A DNA stretch of 63,310 nucleotides, the filler included, from Octopus bimaculoides (lineage: Eukaryota), in NCBI RefSeq assembly GCF_001194135.2. It is 6 parts of 6 records of this genome, joined end to end, with 100 filler letters (N's around TTAATTAATTAA, not from the genome) between each part and the next. Parts side by side here need not be neighbours in the genome. Positions count along the whole stretch, not along the records: positions 8,993 to 30,283 come from NC_069006.1; 5 more parts are not named here. The stretch is one strand, 5' to 3'. The notes under the pieces were generated by a model. That model was not told the DNA's origin. It worked only from the letters and a program-made list of their open reading frames with translations, and searched no databases. Numbering within the stretch: position 1 is the stretch's first letter; each line of letters opens with the position of its first letter. The translations under genes and the position numbers were made by a program. Below are positions 11,945 through 23,845 of this stretch, piece by piece.

Positions 11945-13116
11945 AATTTACAGAAAAACAAAAGACAAAGGCAGGTGTATTAGTTGGACGCTCGGAAACG
12001 TGACAAAGTCTTTTACGTTTCAAGCCTATGCTGTTCAACAGAAAGGAACATGACGAAATAAACAGAGAGAGAATTTTAAAAAATTGTGGATTTAGCAGTC
12101 AATCATGGCGAATATATATATATAAAATATTAGTTATAGAATAAAAACGTTAGGTTAACAACTCAACATATCACACTCCCTCAATGATCATATATAAGAA
12201 ATACAACATAATCCACCAAACATAGGAATAAAAGGATATAAAAATAACATAAGAAAAATAAAATAAATAAAAGAATAAGAAATATATGAGAAGTAAGATG
12301 CAAGATATAGAATGTATAATATAAAAATTTATACATAAATATATTATTTCAACCGATAAAATTCAAATAAATTAAGAATAATAAATTTGAGTTAAAGGTA
12401 TAGTATAATATACATATATATCATTTCATAAAAGTTCCAAATCAAGTTAAAATTAATACGATTAAAAATTCAAATATATAATATAGATTGATATAAAATA
12501 AAATAAAATAAAATAAAGAAATGAGGTAAAACAAAATCACTATACCCTTTCTAACACTATCGTTATTTTTCAGATCAAAAAAGAAGACACGCCATCTTAA
12601 CCTATTAATAAATTCCGTGGTTTTATGGACAAGTGATTCCATATATGCCTTCCTCGAGGGTATGGGGACATTTTTCGTCGAAAAACCTAAGCAGCCTGTA
12701 TGAAGTGCTCGAGGAGCCAATGAATATATGTAATATTAATAGTTTCTTATCAGGAAACTAATAGATTTTATACGGAGCTGCAAGGAGAAGTGCTCAGAAT
12801 AATTGAGACAAGCGTAAAATATTAGTTATAGAATAAAAATGTTAGGTTAACGACTCAACATACCACACTCCCTCAATGATCATATATAAGAAATACAACA
12901 TAATCCACCAAACATAAGGAATAAAAGGATATAAGAATATCGTAAGAAAAATAAAATAAATAAGAAAATATAAGAAGGAAGATGCAAGATATAGAACATA
13001 TAATATAAACATTTATACACAAATATATTATTTCAACCGATAACATAATAATAAATTTGAGTTAAAGGTATAACACAATATACATATATATCATTTCATA
13101 AAAGTTCCAAATCAAG
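11945..13116 (-). mobile_element. Penelope-like element 5' region with tandem direct repeats (pseudo-LTR-like)
   Basis: Direct repeats 12123-12446 and 12815-13116 flank an ORF fragment FSTKNVPIPSRKAYMESLVHKTTEFINRLRWRVFFFD; 11945-12120 matches 59480-59640 in reverse. Confidence 0.7.
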
Positions 13117-13675
13117 CATAGAAGCATTTAAGTGCGTATTCTGAGGCTTTTGCCCAAACCAAACTAAATGTATTCTAGTGAGACAACTGCTGTGATTGTT
13201 AGGCCTAACTCATCGTAAACACCACCATGACCGATATCCAAACTACAGTGGAGAAGGCTAGCCACTAGATTTGGTTAAAAAGAGACGATGAGCAATGGCT
13301 AGAGAAATATTGAGCTTTGTTTTTAATAACCAGTTGATCTAGCAAGCTGGGCCTCATATCAGCGAGTGGGGTGCCTATGCGCATTGATGCCGTCGAGAAG
13401 TAGGCCCCGAAATGGTGCACATTCTCTCCTGATGATCCCATACACTTGCTGGCTTCTGGTATGCGGAGTTCTCGGTTGGTAGCACTTGCATATGCTGGTT
13501 GTTTGCAAAACATCTAAGGTTGCAATTGCAACAGTTACTAATCAATGTAGTAGAAACACGTGTAGGTCTATTTGAAACCGTATATATCTATATATATATA
13601 TACACATACATAAAAAGGAATTAAAGGTAATGCTATGCTACTTTGTAATAATCCTTATTATTGTTATTATTGATA

Positions 13676-14966
13676 TACTGGGTTATCCCCTAAATACTGT
13701 GTTTTTTTTTTATATCTCTTTTATTTTGAAAAATTAGNNNNNNNNNNNNNNNNNNNNNNNNNNNNNNNNNNNNNNNNNNNNNNNNNNNNNNNNNNNNNNN
13801 NNCATTTTCTACGGTGCGCTTCCATTTATCTGGTAGACTTGTAAGACCCCTCTTCCAAAATTCACTTGTCTGTGACGAAAAATACTCCTCCACTACTGTT
13901 CTGCCATCATCTACAGAATTCATATTTTTTCCATCCAAATGATTTGGAAAAATGCAGAATAAATGATAATCAGATGGGGTAATGTCCAGCGAATATAGTG
14001 GGCGGGGCATTGTTTCCCGTTCAAACTGCTCCAGTCTTTGGAATGTCATCCTCGCTCTATGTGGCCAAACATTATCCTGATGGAAGAATACCTTCCATCA
14101 TGAAAGCAAAGATGGTTGTTTTTCTTCTAGCGCTGACTTAAGCCACTCAAGCTGCTCACAGTAGATCTCCTTTGTTATCGTTTGGTTTGGGTTTAAAAGT
14201 TCAAAGTGGACCAAACCTTTCATATCCCATCAAACAGATAACAACACCTTACGTGGCTGAAGACCTTCTTTAGCCTGGGGTGCTGGTGTTTCTCCTTTCC
14301 CTGCCCACTGTCTTCGGCGCTTGGCATTTTTATAGAGAACCCATTTCTCATCACCAGTCGGTTCAAAAAAGATTCATTCATGAGACGTACGTGGTAGCAA
14401 AGAAGAGCGCCACATTCACTGTCTACCCGCGATTAGACTCAGAAGGTTTGTGAGGAACCCATTGACTCAATTTGCTGCTTTCCAATGGCACACAGGTGTC
14501 AGTGAATGGTTGAACGACCAAATCCAAGCTTCTCTTCTAGTTCCTCAACAGCTATGATGGGATTTTGTTCCACCAGGGTTTGCAGGTTTTCCTGGTTGAG
14601 GCTCATCTTCTAGGCTGTAGTTTCTGGCTCGGAATTTTTGGAATCACCATTTACACTGGCTTATGCTTATCGTCTGATCCCCATATACTGTATTAATACT
14701 TCTTGCACTTTCCGTTGCGTTGTTGTCTTTACTGAACTCATAAAGTAAAATATTCCAAATATGCTCTTTTGTCACTTCCATTATATCTTTGAAAAAATAA
14801 CAGCTAAAATCGAACTGCACTCTTCAAAACTTGCACTAAGAATAAGTACAAGGTAAAACTATTACCTGCTTATGTAGCAAGTTGATGCAAGTAGTTTACC
14901 CCATCCTTCTCTGACTTTAACTTCATGAAATTGAAAAAATTGCATTATTTATGGGATGACCCAATA
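13676..14966 (-). mobile_element. Full-length degenerate mariner (about 1.29 kb)
   Basis: DEKWVLY, SVWWDMKG, FFHQDN, YSLDITPSDYHLF; degenerate TIRs TA(C/T)TGGGT(T/C)ATCCC at both ends, flanked by TA. Confidence 0.9.
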
Positions 14967-14971
14967 TACAT

Positions 14972-15178
14972 AAGGGGGGCAAGCTTGCAGAATCGTTCGC
15001 ACACCAGGTAAAATACTTAGTGGTATTTCGCCCATCACTACATTCTGGGTTCAAATTCTGCCAAGGGCAACTTTGCCTTTTATCTTCTTGGGGTCAATAA
15101 AATAAGTACCAGTGAAACACTGGGGTCAATGTTATCGACTCACCAATGGATGCCCTTGTGGCAAAATTTGAAACCATT
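14972..15178 (+). mobile_element. SINE family B copy
   Basis: GGTTCAAATTCTGCC B box and conserved CTTTGCCTTT(C)ATC..GGGGTC.ATAAAATAAGTACC core. Confidence 0.8.
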
Positions 15179-15179
15179 A

Positions 15180-15695
15180 TCATGTTGCCAGTGCTGCTTG
15201 ACCAGCTCCTGTGCCAGTGGCACGTAAAAAGCACCATTCGGGCATGGTCGTTGCTAGAGCCGCCTGACTGGTTCCCATGCCGGTGGCACATAAAAAGCAC
15301 CATTCCNNNNNNNNNNNNNNNNNNNNNNNNNNNNNNNNNNNNNNNNNNNNNNNNNNNNNNNNNNNNNNNNNNNNNNNNNNNNNNNNNNNNNNNNNNGTAA
15401 AAAGCACCATTCGGGCATGGTCGTTGCTAGAGCCGCCTGACTGGTTCCCATGCCGGTGGCACATAAAAAGCACCATTCCAGCGTGATCGATGCCAGTACT
15501 GCTTGACTGGCCCTTGTGCCGGTGGCATGTAAAAAGCACCCACTACACTCTCAGAGTGGTTGGCATTAGGAAGAGCATCCAGCTGTAGAAACCTTGCCAG
15601 ATTGGATTGGAGCCTGGTGCGGCATCCTGGTTTGCCAGTCCCCAGTCAAACTGTCCAACCCATGCCAGCATGGAGAGCGGATGTTAAATGATGAT
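15180..15695 (+). mobile_element. RTE-tail repeat with internal tandem units
   Basis: Repeated GGTGGCAC(G/A)TAAAAAGCACCATT units, then the GCATCCAGCTGTAGAAAC...GTTAAATGATGAT tail shared with 9885-10580. Confidence 0.82.
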
Positions 15696-15703
15696 ATATA
15701 TAC

Positions 15704-15774
<71 letters not shown>

Positions 15775-15778
15775 TATA

Positions 15779-16123
15779 CTCTTTTACTTGTTCCAGTCAT
15801 TAGACTGCGCCCATGCTGGGGCACCACCTTGAAGGGTTTTAGTCAAATAAATCAAGCCCAGTGTTTATTAAAATTTTTTCATTGAGTCTGGTACTTATTC
15901 TCTCAGTCTCTTTTGCCAAACGGTTGTCAAGCAGTGATGGGGACAAACACAATAACACACATTGGACTTCTTTTTGGCTTGTGTCTGCCAAATCCTCTCG
16001 CAAGGCTTTGGCTGGCCTGTGGTTATAGTAGAAGACACTTGTCCAAGGTGCCATGCAGTGGGACTGAACCTGGAACCATGTGGTTGGGAAGCAAGCTACT
16101 TACCACACAGCCACGCCTGCACC
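15779..16123 (-). mobile_element. tRNA-derived SINE family C copy
   Basis: Head GGTGCAGGCGTGGCTGTGTGG...GGTTCAGTCCC and tail GGTGCCCCAGCATGG..CAGTCTAATGACTGGAACAAG on minus strand. Confidence 0.87.
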
Positions 16124-16715
16124 TATTTATATATAGATATAGATAGATATATAGATAGAGAGAGAGAGAGATAGATATACATGACAGGCTTCTTTTAGTT
16201 TCCATCTTTTAGTTTCAGTGGGACTGAACCTGGAACAATGTGGTTAGGAAGCAAGCTTCTTACCACACAGCCAAGCCTACACCTTATATATATATATANN
16301 NNNNNNNNNNNNNNNNNNNNNNNNNNNNNNNNNNNNNNNNNNNNNNNNNNNNNNNNNNNNNNNNNNNNNNNNNNNNNNNNNNNNNNNNNNNNNNNNNNNN
16401 NNNNNNNNNNNNNNNNNNNNNNNNNNNNNNNNNNNNNNNNNNNNNNNNNNNNNNNNNNNNNNNNNNNNNNNNNNNNNNNNNNNNNNNNNNNNNNNNNNNN
16501 NNNNNNNNNNNNNNNNNNNNNNNNNNNNNNNNNNNNNNNNNNNNNNNNNNNNNNNNNNNNNNNNNNNNNNNNNNNNNNNNNNNNNNNNNNNNNNNNNNNN
16601 NNNNNNNNNNNNNNNNNNNNNNNNNNNNNNNNNNNNNNNNNNNNNNNNNNNNNNNNNNNNNNNNNNNNNNNNNNNNNNNNNNNNNNNNNNNNNNNNNNNN
16701 NNNNNNNNNNNATAT

Positions 16716-16883
16716 ATACGATGGGCTTCTTTCAGTTTCCGTCTACCAAATCCACTCACAAGGCTTTGGTCGGCCCGAGGCTATAGTAGAAGACACTTTG
16801 CCCTAGGTGCCACACAGTGGGACTGAACCGAGAACCATGTGGTTAGAAAGCAAGCTCCTTACCACACAGCCATGCTTACACCT
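16716..16883 (-). mobile_element. SINE family C, 5' half (rest in gap)
   Basis: Matches family C head through GGAAACTGAAAGAAGCCC. Confidence 0.85.
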
Positions 16884-16899
16884 ATAAAAATGTATTTAC

Positions 16900-17032
16900 A
16901 GCATCCAGCTGTAGAAACTCTGCCAAATTAGATTGGAGCCTGGTGTTGCCATCCGGTTTCACCAGTCCTCAGTCAAATCGTCCAACCCATGCTAGCATGG
17001 AAGGCGGACGTTAAACGATGATGATGATGATG
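16900..17032 (+). mobile_element. RTE-tail fragment
   Basis: Highly similar to 10455-10580, ends (GAT)n. Confidence 0.85.
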
Positions 17033-17454
17033 AAAGGGTGTGAGAGATGGATGTAGACAGACTCTAAAATATACATGCATATGTGTGTGTGTATTCACTA
17101 ATGCGTACATGGATAAAATGTTAGTGGAAGGGTTGAAGTGCTGAAGTCTCATATTGATTGCCTGGTAGCAGCATTTGTTCCAGTACTTGATGATATAAGT
17201 TCAAAACCCACCAAGGGCAATGTTGTCTTTCATTTTTTTTTTGTTTTGTTTTTTTGAGGGAAGGGGCGGGGGATTGATTAAATAAAGGACCAGTCAAATA
17301 CTGAGATGAGACTTCGCTCTTTCTCTCTCTCTTACCCTCTCTCTCTCCTCTTTCCCCATCTCTCTTTCTTACCTTCTCCCTCCCTCTCTCTCTCTCTCTC
17401 TACCTCTCCTTCTTTCTCTCTTTCTCTGCGTCTCTCTCTTCTTTCTTTCTCTTA

Positions 17455-17493
<39 letters not shown>

Positions 17494-17831
17494 CAAAGTG
17501 TCTGAAAATAAAGACCCAAATCACCTCCAGCCCAGCCCAGTCCAGACAGGGATCAGCTCCTCCACCTCTATGAACCACTCCCAGCCACACTAGGGTGTGT
17601 CCACATCATGTCATGCCCTAACAGCGCCCTCTGTGAATCCATTAAGAGTCAAAAGCAACAGGGACAAATGTACTTTGTGCTAAGCATTCAGTCATGTCTA
17701 TGCCCCTCCCACCTCCACTACCACCACCACTATCAATACAACCACAACCAACACCACCACACCCACCATCATCACAACTGCCACCTCCACCGCCTCCACA
17801 ATCACTACCACAATACTCTTGTCCTACTAAC

Positions 17832-17868
<37 letters not shown>

Positions 17869-18243
17869 CCCCTCACCCATCACCACATCAATCATTGATT
17901 TGCTTTGGCTCAATAGATTTTCTGTTTTGTTTCTCTGTTTTGTGGCATTGTGAAATGTGGTACCAGCTGGAGCACTGGTGGTTGGTGCTGCTTGGTACTG
18001 GTTACTGGTGGCTATAAATGATGATGATTTATTGAAGCATAAAACGTAATACAAAATATCAGTTTCCCCACAAGCAACCTTAGGAAGTCTCCCTATTTTC
18101 AGGAATTTTTCATTGTTGCAATTTTATATATTTTTTTTTATTTTTACTTTTTACGTTCCTCTTATGTAACCCCACAATCTATTATCCTGTACCACCCCAA
18201 ATATTTTTTGTGAACCCCTTGTGAGTAATAAAGAAAACGTTGT

Positions 18244-18674
18244 TGTTATTATTATTATTATATTTTCGATGTTGTTATTGTTGTTATTATTATTTATCAT
18301 TGTTCAGGTCACTGCTTGGAATCGAACTCAGAATCTTGGGGTTAGTAGCCTGCGCTCTTAACCACTATGCCATGTGGCATAGTGGTTAAGAGTGCCCACA
18401 GGCATATGGCATAGTGGTTAAGAGTGCGGGCTACTAACCCCAAGATTCTGAGTTCGATTCCAAGCAGTGACTGAAGCAATAAAAGATAATAATAATAACA
18501 ACAATAACAACATCGAAAAATATAATAATAATAATAACATTGAAAAAATACCTTAGGAATGAGAACCCAGGTTCGAAATTTCCCCAAGACACCTGAAGAA
18601 GGCTGGAGGGTATATCAGTCGAAACGTGTTAACAACAAACAAGATGAGGACAAATATCCGTCAAATGTAAATAA
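18244..18674 (+). mobile_element. tRNA-headed element (family D) with inverted 5' copy and hammerhead-like tail
   Basis: A box TGGCATAGTGG (18407), B box GAGTTCGATTCC; inverted head copy 18244-18372; CTGAAGA-A-GGCTG...CAGTC-GAAACGT at 18593-18627. Confidence 0.75.
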
Positions 18675-18709
18675 GTACCAGTTGATTACATTAGCTACAG
18701 GTGTGGCAT

Positions 18710-19208
18710 AGGTGCAAGAGTGGCTGTGTGTAAGTAGCTTGCTTACCAACCACATACTTCCAGGTTCAGTCCCACTGTGTGGCACTTTGGGAGTGTCTTC
18801 TGCTATAGCTTCAGGCCAACCAAAAGCCTTCTGAGTGGATTTGGTGGACAGAAACTGAAAGAAGCCCATCGTATATATATATATATATATATATATATTC
18901 GTTTATATTTATATAAGGGGCATTACTACAGAATAATGCCACACACTGGACTTCCCAAAATAAACACATTTAGTACCGAATGCGAATGTTTGTGTGTCTG
19001 TGTTTGTCCCCACCAACATAGCTTGGCAATCGATGCTGGTGTGTTTACATCCCCGTAACTTAGCAGTTCGGCAAAATAGACCGATAGAATAAGTGCTAGG
19101 CTTACAAAGAATAAGTCCTGGGATTCGATTTGCTTGACTAAAGGTGGTGCCCCAGCATGGCCACAGTCAAATGAGTGAAACAAATAAAAGAATGTAAAAG
19201 ACAAAGAA
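18710..19208 (+). mobile_element. Full-length SINE family C with internal (TA)n
   Basis: Head, CACTTTGGGAGTGTCTTCTGCTATAGC central block (CORE-like from memory, unverified), internal microsatellite, tail GGTGCCCCAGCATGGCC. Confidence 0.9.
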
Positions 19209-19515
19209 TATATTGTTTACATGAGATGTATTCATATATGAAGCATTGCAACTTTCAGTGTTGGCTCTGATTTCTATGGAATGTCTGTAGAAATATCTTT
19301 AAAAAGTGATCTGGAAGGACAACCAGCCATAGAAACCATAAGCTGACATTGGAGCACAATGTAGGCCTATGGCTCACTAGATCCTGTGAGACTGTCCAGT
19401 ATGGACATGCTTGTTAAATGACAATGATGATGGTGATGTGGAGGAGGAGGAGGAGGAGGAGGATGTCAATGATGATGATCATCATCATGACTGTCATTAT
19501 TGTTAGTAAGGCAGA

Positions 19516-21075
19516 AGGCGGTGAGCTGGCAGAAACGTTAGCATGCTGGGCGAAATGCTTAACGGTATTTCGTCTGTCTTTATGTTCTGAGTTCAAATTC
19601 CGCCGAGGTCGACTTTGCCTTTCATCCTTTCGGGGTCGATAAATTAAGTACCAATTACGCACTGGGGTCGATGTAATCGACTTAATCTGTTCGTCTGTTC
19701 TTGTTTGTTCCCTCTATGTTTAGCCCCTTGTGGGCAATAACGAAATAGGTATTTCGTCTGTCTTTATGTTCTGAGTTCAAATTCCGCTGAGGTCGACTTT
19801 GCCTTTCATCCTTTCGGGGTCAATAAATTAAGTACCAGTTGCGTACTGGGGTCAATCTAATCAACTGGCCCCCTCCCCCAAAATTTCAGGCCTTGTGCCT
19901 AGAGTAGAAAAGAAGGCCATCAGCTGGGGCAGTCGTTAGCACGCAGGACGAAATGCTTAGTGGTGTTTTGCCTGTCACTACATTCTGAGTTCAAATTTCG
20001 CCAAGGTTGACTTTGCCTTACCTCTTTTCAGGGTCAGTAAATTAAGTACCAGTGAAACACTGGGATCGATGTAATTGACTTGTCCCCACTCCCAAAATTG
20101 CAGGCCTTGTGCCTTTAGTAAAAAAAGGGTTATTAGTAAGGCTGCAAAGGTGGACAACCAGCAGAATCATTAGCACACCGGACAGCACGCTTAGTGGCAT
20201 TTCATCCATCTTTATGGTCTGAGTCCAAATTCTGCCAAGGTCGTCATACTGTCTTTTGTCCTTTCGGGATCGGTAAAATATGTACAAGCTGAGCACTGGG
20301 GTCGATGATATCAACTTATTCTCTACCCCAAACTTGCTGGTGTTGTACCAAAATTTGAAATCATTATTAGGAAAACAGTGAAGGTGACTGTTTCGGGAAT
20401 CAAAAAAAAAAATAAGGTACCAGTCATGTACTGGGATTGATGTCATTGGTTTCCCCTCCCCTCAAAATCATTGACCTTGTACAACTAAGAAAGAATTGTT
20501 ATTATTATTATTATTATCATTATTATTATTGTCATTATTATTATTATTGTCATTATTAAGGCAGTGAGCTGGCTGAATCGTTAGCACACCGGGCGAAATG
20601 CTTAGTGGTATTTTGTCTGCCCTTACGTTGTAAGTTCAAATTCCGCCGGGATCGACTTTGTCTTTCATCCTTTCAGAGTCGATAAATTAAGTACCAGCTA
20701 CACACTAGGGTTGATGTAATCAACTTAACCCCTTTGTCTGTCCTTGTTTGTCCCCTCTGTGTTTAGCCCCTTGTGGGCAATAATGAAATAAGAATTGTTT
20801 GCACATAGGGCAAAATGCTTTGTGGCATTTTATCTGCCACTACATTCTGAGTGCCTCTAGTAGAAGGGATTGTTGAGGCAGTGATCTGGCATAATCATTA
20901 GCACGCCAGGCAAAATGCTTAGCAGTATTTCTTCTACCACTAAGTTCTAAGTTAAAATTCCGCCAAGGTCGACTTTGCCTTTCATCCTTTCAGGGATCAA
21001 CAAAATAGTGGGGTCGAAGAATTCTACTTAATCCCTTCCCCTAAGCTGCCCTTGTGGCAAAAATTTGAAATCATT
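19516..21075 (+). mobile_element. Cluster of same-strand SINE family B copies
   Basis: Copies begin near 19516, 19748, 19915, 20138, 20559, 20793 and 20876; all share GAGTTCAAATTCCGCC.AGGTCGACTTTGCCTTTCATCC or a decayed form of it. Confidence 0.9.
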
Positions 21076-21084
21076 ATTATTATT

Positions 21085-21550
21085 CAGCTCTGTATACCTT
21101 GGGTATGTGGAGTGGTTTGTTGTGGTGCTCTTACTTTTACTGTATTGAAAGTCTTTTACATAGGATGTGTGTGGTGCCTAGTAGTGCTATTTTCATTATT
21201 ATCATCATTATTATTATTATTATCATTATTATTATTGTTCAGTAGTTTTATTTTTATAACGTGCTTTCACTTCACTACCGAGTGCAGCTCTGTGTGCCTT
21301 GGGTATGTGCTGTGGTGATCTTATGGTTACTGTATTGAAAGTGTTTTGCGTAGGATGTGTGCAGTGCCCAGTAATACTATTTTTTGTATGTTATATATAT
21401 TTGTAAGTCCTGGTGTTTTTGTAATGTATTTGTCTGAATGTTTTTTCATCATACCTAATGCACTTTACTACGATAGGAATTGTTTCTCTTTTTAGGCTCC
21501 ACATTCAAGTTACCTCTTTTTCCAGGTCTTTGTATTTTAATAGTTTCTCC
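21085..21550 (-). mobile_element. R4/Dong-like LINE 3' end (RLE endonuclease C-terminus) with duplicated 3' UTR
   Basis: Minus frames EKLLKYKDLEKEVT*MWSLKRETIPI and ALGMMKKH...QKIVLLGTAHILRKTLSIQ*; 21085-21195 duplicates 21285-21385. Confidence 0.85.
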
Positions 21551-21562
21551 ATTATCATTATT

Positions 21563-21780
21563 AAGGCAGCGAGCTGGCAGTCTCGTTGGCGCACCAAGCA
21601 AAAAGCTTAGCAGCATTTCATCCGGCCTTACATTCTGAGTTCAAATTACACTGAAGTTGCCTTTGCTTTTCATCCCTTTCGGGGTCGATAAAATAAGGGT
21701 CAGTTGAGAAGAGGGGTTGATGTAATCGACTTACCCACTGGCCTGAAATTGCTGGACCAGTGCCAAAATTTGAACACCAT
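21563..21780 (+). mobile_element. SINE family B copy
   Basis: AGGCAGCGAGCTGGCAG head and conserved core. Confidence 0.85.
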
Positions 21781-21859
21781 TATTATTATCGTTATTATTA
21801 TTTATCATTTATATATTTGTGTTGTATATTCAGCTGTTGTTGTTTATATATGTTCTCCC

Positions 21860-21901
<42 letters not shown>

Positions 21902-22100
21902 GTCAGTGTTTTTAGGGGTGAGGTGGAGGGGGATTGCCTGTTTATAATTTTTTTTGTTTGCTTCTTTTATTTTCTTCCTTCGTAGTCACTGTTATTGTTA
22001 ATCCTCCTTCCACTCACACACACACATACACACATACACACACCAATCTTCAAAATTTTTAATATCTATTGGTTTACATCAAACAAAGAATAACAAATGA

Positions 22101-22142
<42 letters not shown>

Positions 22143-22322
22143 ATACATACACATACACACACGTATACATACACACACTTACACATCCACTCACTATACA
22201 TCGTATCTCAACACACACATGCATATTCACATACTCAAAACTCACACACCATATACTTAACACATGCATACACACACACACCCATGTTCAATATATACAA
22301 ACATGTGCACACACACGCACCC

Positions 22323-22362
<40 letters not shown>

Positions 22363-23696
22363 TCGCACATATATACTCAATACTTACACACACATACTCA
22401 AAACTCATGCTCCATATACTCACACACATGCACGCACACACACACACACACACACACCACATGTTCAATACTTATAGATATTGAACTTGGCTGATTATTT
22501 CTCCAAGAGCTGTTGCATCTACCATCATTTGCCGCCTTCATTCCTCGCTGCAGTTAAGGCTGACCTAATCCATGCCAGACTACACCAGTGTGGAGTCTAC
22601 ACTACGAAGCGGTAAAGGAAACAGCTGGTGTTAAAAGAGAATAATAATAATAACAACAACAACAACAATTATAATAATGATAATATATAATATGAACGTG
22701 AACTGGTAATTTTAATAATCATTGTTACTGCTGCTATCTGTGTCGTCTGTGGAAGTTTTAACTAACTGCTGTTCACTGGAATATTACGAAAAAGCAGTAA
22801 TATTAATGATAATTATAAGAATTTTTTTTTTAAATGCTTGAATCTACTGTGAGATATTTACAATCTTTGTGGAAGTTTATTTGTGACTGATCAGAGTTCA
22901 GAATTTATACCATTGTTGGGTGAATTTTACACTTGTGGATATGCTACCACTGGTATGGATGTTTACCGTCATTGTGGAAATTTTGTAGCCTAAAACCAGA
23001 TAGAGAATCCCGGTTTCTATAAAAGTTTCAACGTCCTCATGAGTTTTTATAGGAAAAGTTGTGGCTGTTATCATTGTGGAAAGTTTTACGGCTGTTGCAG
23101 AAGATCCGTTTGAGTTTTGTTTTATGCTGTTTCTTTGTTTTCTGTTTTACTTTTGGATTTTTGGAACTTTTTACCACAAATTAAAGAATGCGTCAAGTCT
23201 TCCTGTAGACTTTATTGCATTTAATAAAGCTTTGAAGACACTTCTCCAAGAGAGAGATGAATGCAAAATACTTCTGGTTCAACTTTCAGAAAAAGGCTGC
23301 GAGAAATGATAAAATGACAGCATTAGGAGCAGACAAACTGTCTTCAGGAAATTTTGGATAAAAATTTAAAAGACAAAGATAGGAAAGCAGTTTGTTTCAT
23401 TATTTATTATCATTATTATTATTTCTTTATTTTCTGTTGGGTTTTTTCCCCCCCTTTTTTTCAATGACTAAGAAAAAGTTGTTTCCATTCAGCTGATGTT
23501 TTAGTTTAAAGAACTTTCAAACTTGATCTGTGATTGTCTTGAAATTTTTCTAAGTTATTTTTAAATATTGTCATGAATAATTCTTTTATCAATTGGTTGT
23601 GATGCACTCAATGACATTTAAAGAACTTAAAGAAATAATTTACCAAAAGAACTTCTAAACAACTCAATATATTTTTACATTTACATATATATATAC

Positions 23697-23778
<82 letters not shown>

Positions 23779-23845
23779 GTATACCATATATATATTTATA
23801 TATATATATATACATATGTATACATGATTCCACTAGTACTTAAGA

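Noticed and set aside
15221-15480. Identical units on both sides of a 90-N gap
   Set aside because: Copy number cannot be trusted; the repeat has tandem units and the gap probably reflects collapse or overlap.
23061-23309. 82-aa ORF upstream of the tetraspanin (ends KALKTLLQERDECKILLVQLSEKGCEK)
   Set aside because: The C-terminal part looks protein-like, but there is no recognisable domain or clear splice context; cannot be supported without homology or RNA data.
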